Source: Saccostrea cucullata
Lineage: Eukaryota
NCBI RefSeq assembly: GCF_032062105.1
Contig: NW_026929714.1
Span: 248,001 to 312,000 of the forward strand
DNA: 64,000 nucleotides
Reading direction: 5' to 3'
Made by a program: the position numbers and the translations under genes. Under the pieces are notes generated by a model that was not told where the DNA came from, searched no databases, and was given only the letters and a program-made list of their open reading frames with translations. Each line of letters opens with the position of its first letter. Within the stretch, counting starts at the first letter, position 1. Of this stretch, positions 62,188-64,000 are shown one piece after another.

Positions 62188-62377
62188 ATGAGTTCTAGTG
62201 TAAAATTCAATTCTTTTGACGATAGATATGTCCACACAACTGATGAGCAACCCACGATTATTGCTGTCTCATCTGGAATAGCAACCAAAAAGATTGCATT
62301 AATCTTTGGTGCTATTGTCGTTGTTGGAATCATTGCTACAGTTGGGGTTATTCTTGGTGTCGTTATTCTGAAGAAAG
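62188..62377 (+). CDS. First coding exon of a probable type II single-pass membrane protein (partial, product unknown)
   Basis: AAAATGA start, short hydrophilic N-terminus, KK, then hydrophobic IALIFGAIVVVGIIATVGVILGVVIL, then a phase-1 donor AAAG|GTAATA. Confidence 0.62.
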
Positions 62378-62626
62378 GTAATAATATGAAATATGTAACA
62401 CATACTTTTCATCACATAAAACGTAAATATTATCAACGCTAATTTCAATTAGGATAATTTGATGGAAATGTTACATCTAAAATAAATCAAAGATTTCAGG
62501 TGTATACAGAAAATATTTAACATTTTAAATAAATAAATAGGGAAAAAAAAATCATTCACAATTTGTCCATAGTTGATAATACTCGTAAATCATTTGCAAA
62601 TTATATGTTCATATTAATATAAAAAT

Positions 62627-64000
62627 ATGTATATTTAAGCATTGAATTAATATGTTTGGATGTCTTCGGTCCTATAACACACCTGGCCGTGTCGACAAAT
62701 TGAATACCGCGCGTTAGCGCGGGATGATAATTTGTCGGCACGGCCAGGTGTGTTATAGGACCGAAGACATCCAAAAATATTAATTCAATGCTTATATTTA
62801 CATTCTCTAATTTTCCTTCTTCACAATTGCTTATTTTGTTAATCTTTAATGTGAATTTTGCGCCCTTCAAAACTGCCGTGGTTAATAGATGTAAGAGCTG
62901 TTTGTGACGTCAAATGACGTTAAATGACGTTGCAAAGTTAAATTACGAAAACAAACATTGCGAGGAAAAAAAGTAACAAATTAATTCTGAACGTCCATTT
63001 CGTTAATTTTACGTTAATTTTTCAGGGTTATAGTTTTTATTAAATTGAAATAAAACATTTTACATCTTGGTGTTCCTAGAGTATTGAAAATGCATATAGT
63101 TCCTACTGTGTATTCTAACGCGCGGTGACAAGGTTTCGCGTGTGTTATAGAAATTTGAACGTCGTGGATTTCTAATGGATTTCATAAGGAGAATTACACC
63201 GAATGTAAATATTTAAGCATTGAATTCATATTTTTGACTGTCTTCGGTCCTATAACACACCTGGCCGTGCCGACAAATTAAATACCGCGTGTTAGCGCTG
63301 TATGTTAAGTCTGTCGACACGGACAGGTGTGTTATAGGACCAAAGACAGCCAAAAATATTAATTCATTGCTTATATTTACTTTCTCTAATTTTCCTTCTT
63401 CATAATTGCTCATTTCGTTAATCTTTAATGTGAATTTAGCGCCCTTCAAAACTGACGTGGTTAATAGACGTAAGAGCCGTTTGTGACGTCAGATGACGTT
63501 GCAAAGTTAAATAACGCAAACAAACATTGCGAGGAAAAAAAGGGACAAATTAATTTTAAACGCACATTTGTAGTATTTTTACGTTAATTTAACAGGTTTA
63601 TAGTTTTTAATTAAATCGAGTCAAAACATTGTACATTTTATTGTTCCTAGATTATAGAAAATTCATGTAGTTCCTACTGTGTATTCTAACGCGCGGTGAC
63701 AAGGTTTCGCGTGTGTTATAGAAATTTGAATGTCGTGGATTTCTAATGAATTTCATAAGGAAAAATATACGGAATGTAAATATTATGATATATTTACATT
63801 CGGTGTAATTCTCCTTATGAAATCCATTAGAAATCCACGACGTTCAAATTTCTATAACACACGCGAAACCTTGTCACCGAGCGTTAGAATACACAGTAGG
63901 AACTATATGCATTTTCTATAATCTAGGAAGAATAAAATGAACACTGTTTTGACTAAATTTAATTAAAAACTATAACCCTGTTAAATTAACGTAAAAATAC
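62627..64000. repeat. Composite foldback repeat: 578-bp tandem unit containing a 180-bp palindrome, followed by an inverted arm running off the window
   Basis: Palindromes at 62627-62803 and 63201-63384; TGTCTTCGGTCCTATAACACACC at 62661 and 63239; symmetry centre near 63787 with arms of more than 200 bp. Confidence 0.88.

Overview
AT-rich, intron-rich animal genomic DNA. The repeat families point to a bivalve, most likely an oyster (inference). Reading splice sites by hand gives the following genes: SIN3A (minus strand, start 11667, runs off the left edge); XPA (plus, 13038-16565, head-to-head with SIN3A); NSUN6 (plus, 20449-30843); an intronless 691-aa NHL-repeat ORF with a long low-complexity tail (minus, 32165-34240); an unrecognised multi-exon coiled-coil gene next to a 152-N gap (plus, about 39904-44399); ILF2/NF45 (minus, 45967-59790); and the first coding exon of a type II membrane protein (62188-62377). 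Introns and intergenic DNA hold a decayed, intron-containing DD35D pogo element, several Helentron-like non-autonomous elements (two carry about 166-bp satellite arrays), Harbinger-like elements, MITEs and long palindromes. There is no prokaryotic-type system (no CRISPR, no operon). The most unusual pattern is a recurrent 'exon-edge echo': all four conserved genes have short intronic duplicates of exon ends, often with an intact decoy splice site. Also notable are an inverted pair of about 1-kb elements bracketing seven ILF2 exons (a back-splicing geometry) and a candidate 21-nt ILF2 microexon. All coordinates were counted by eye and may be off by a few bases.
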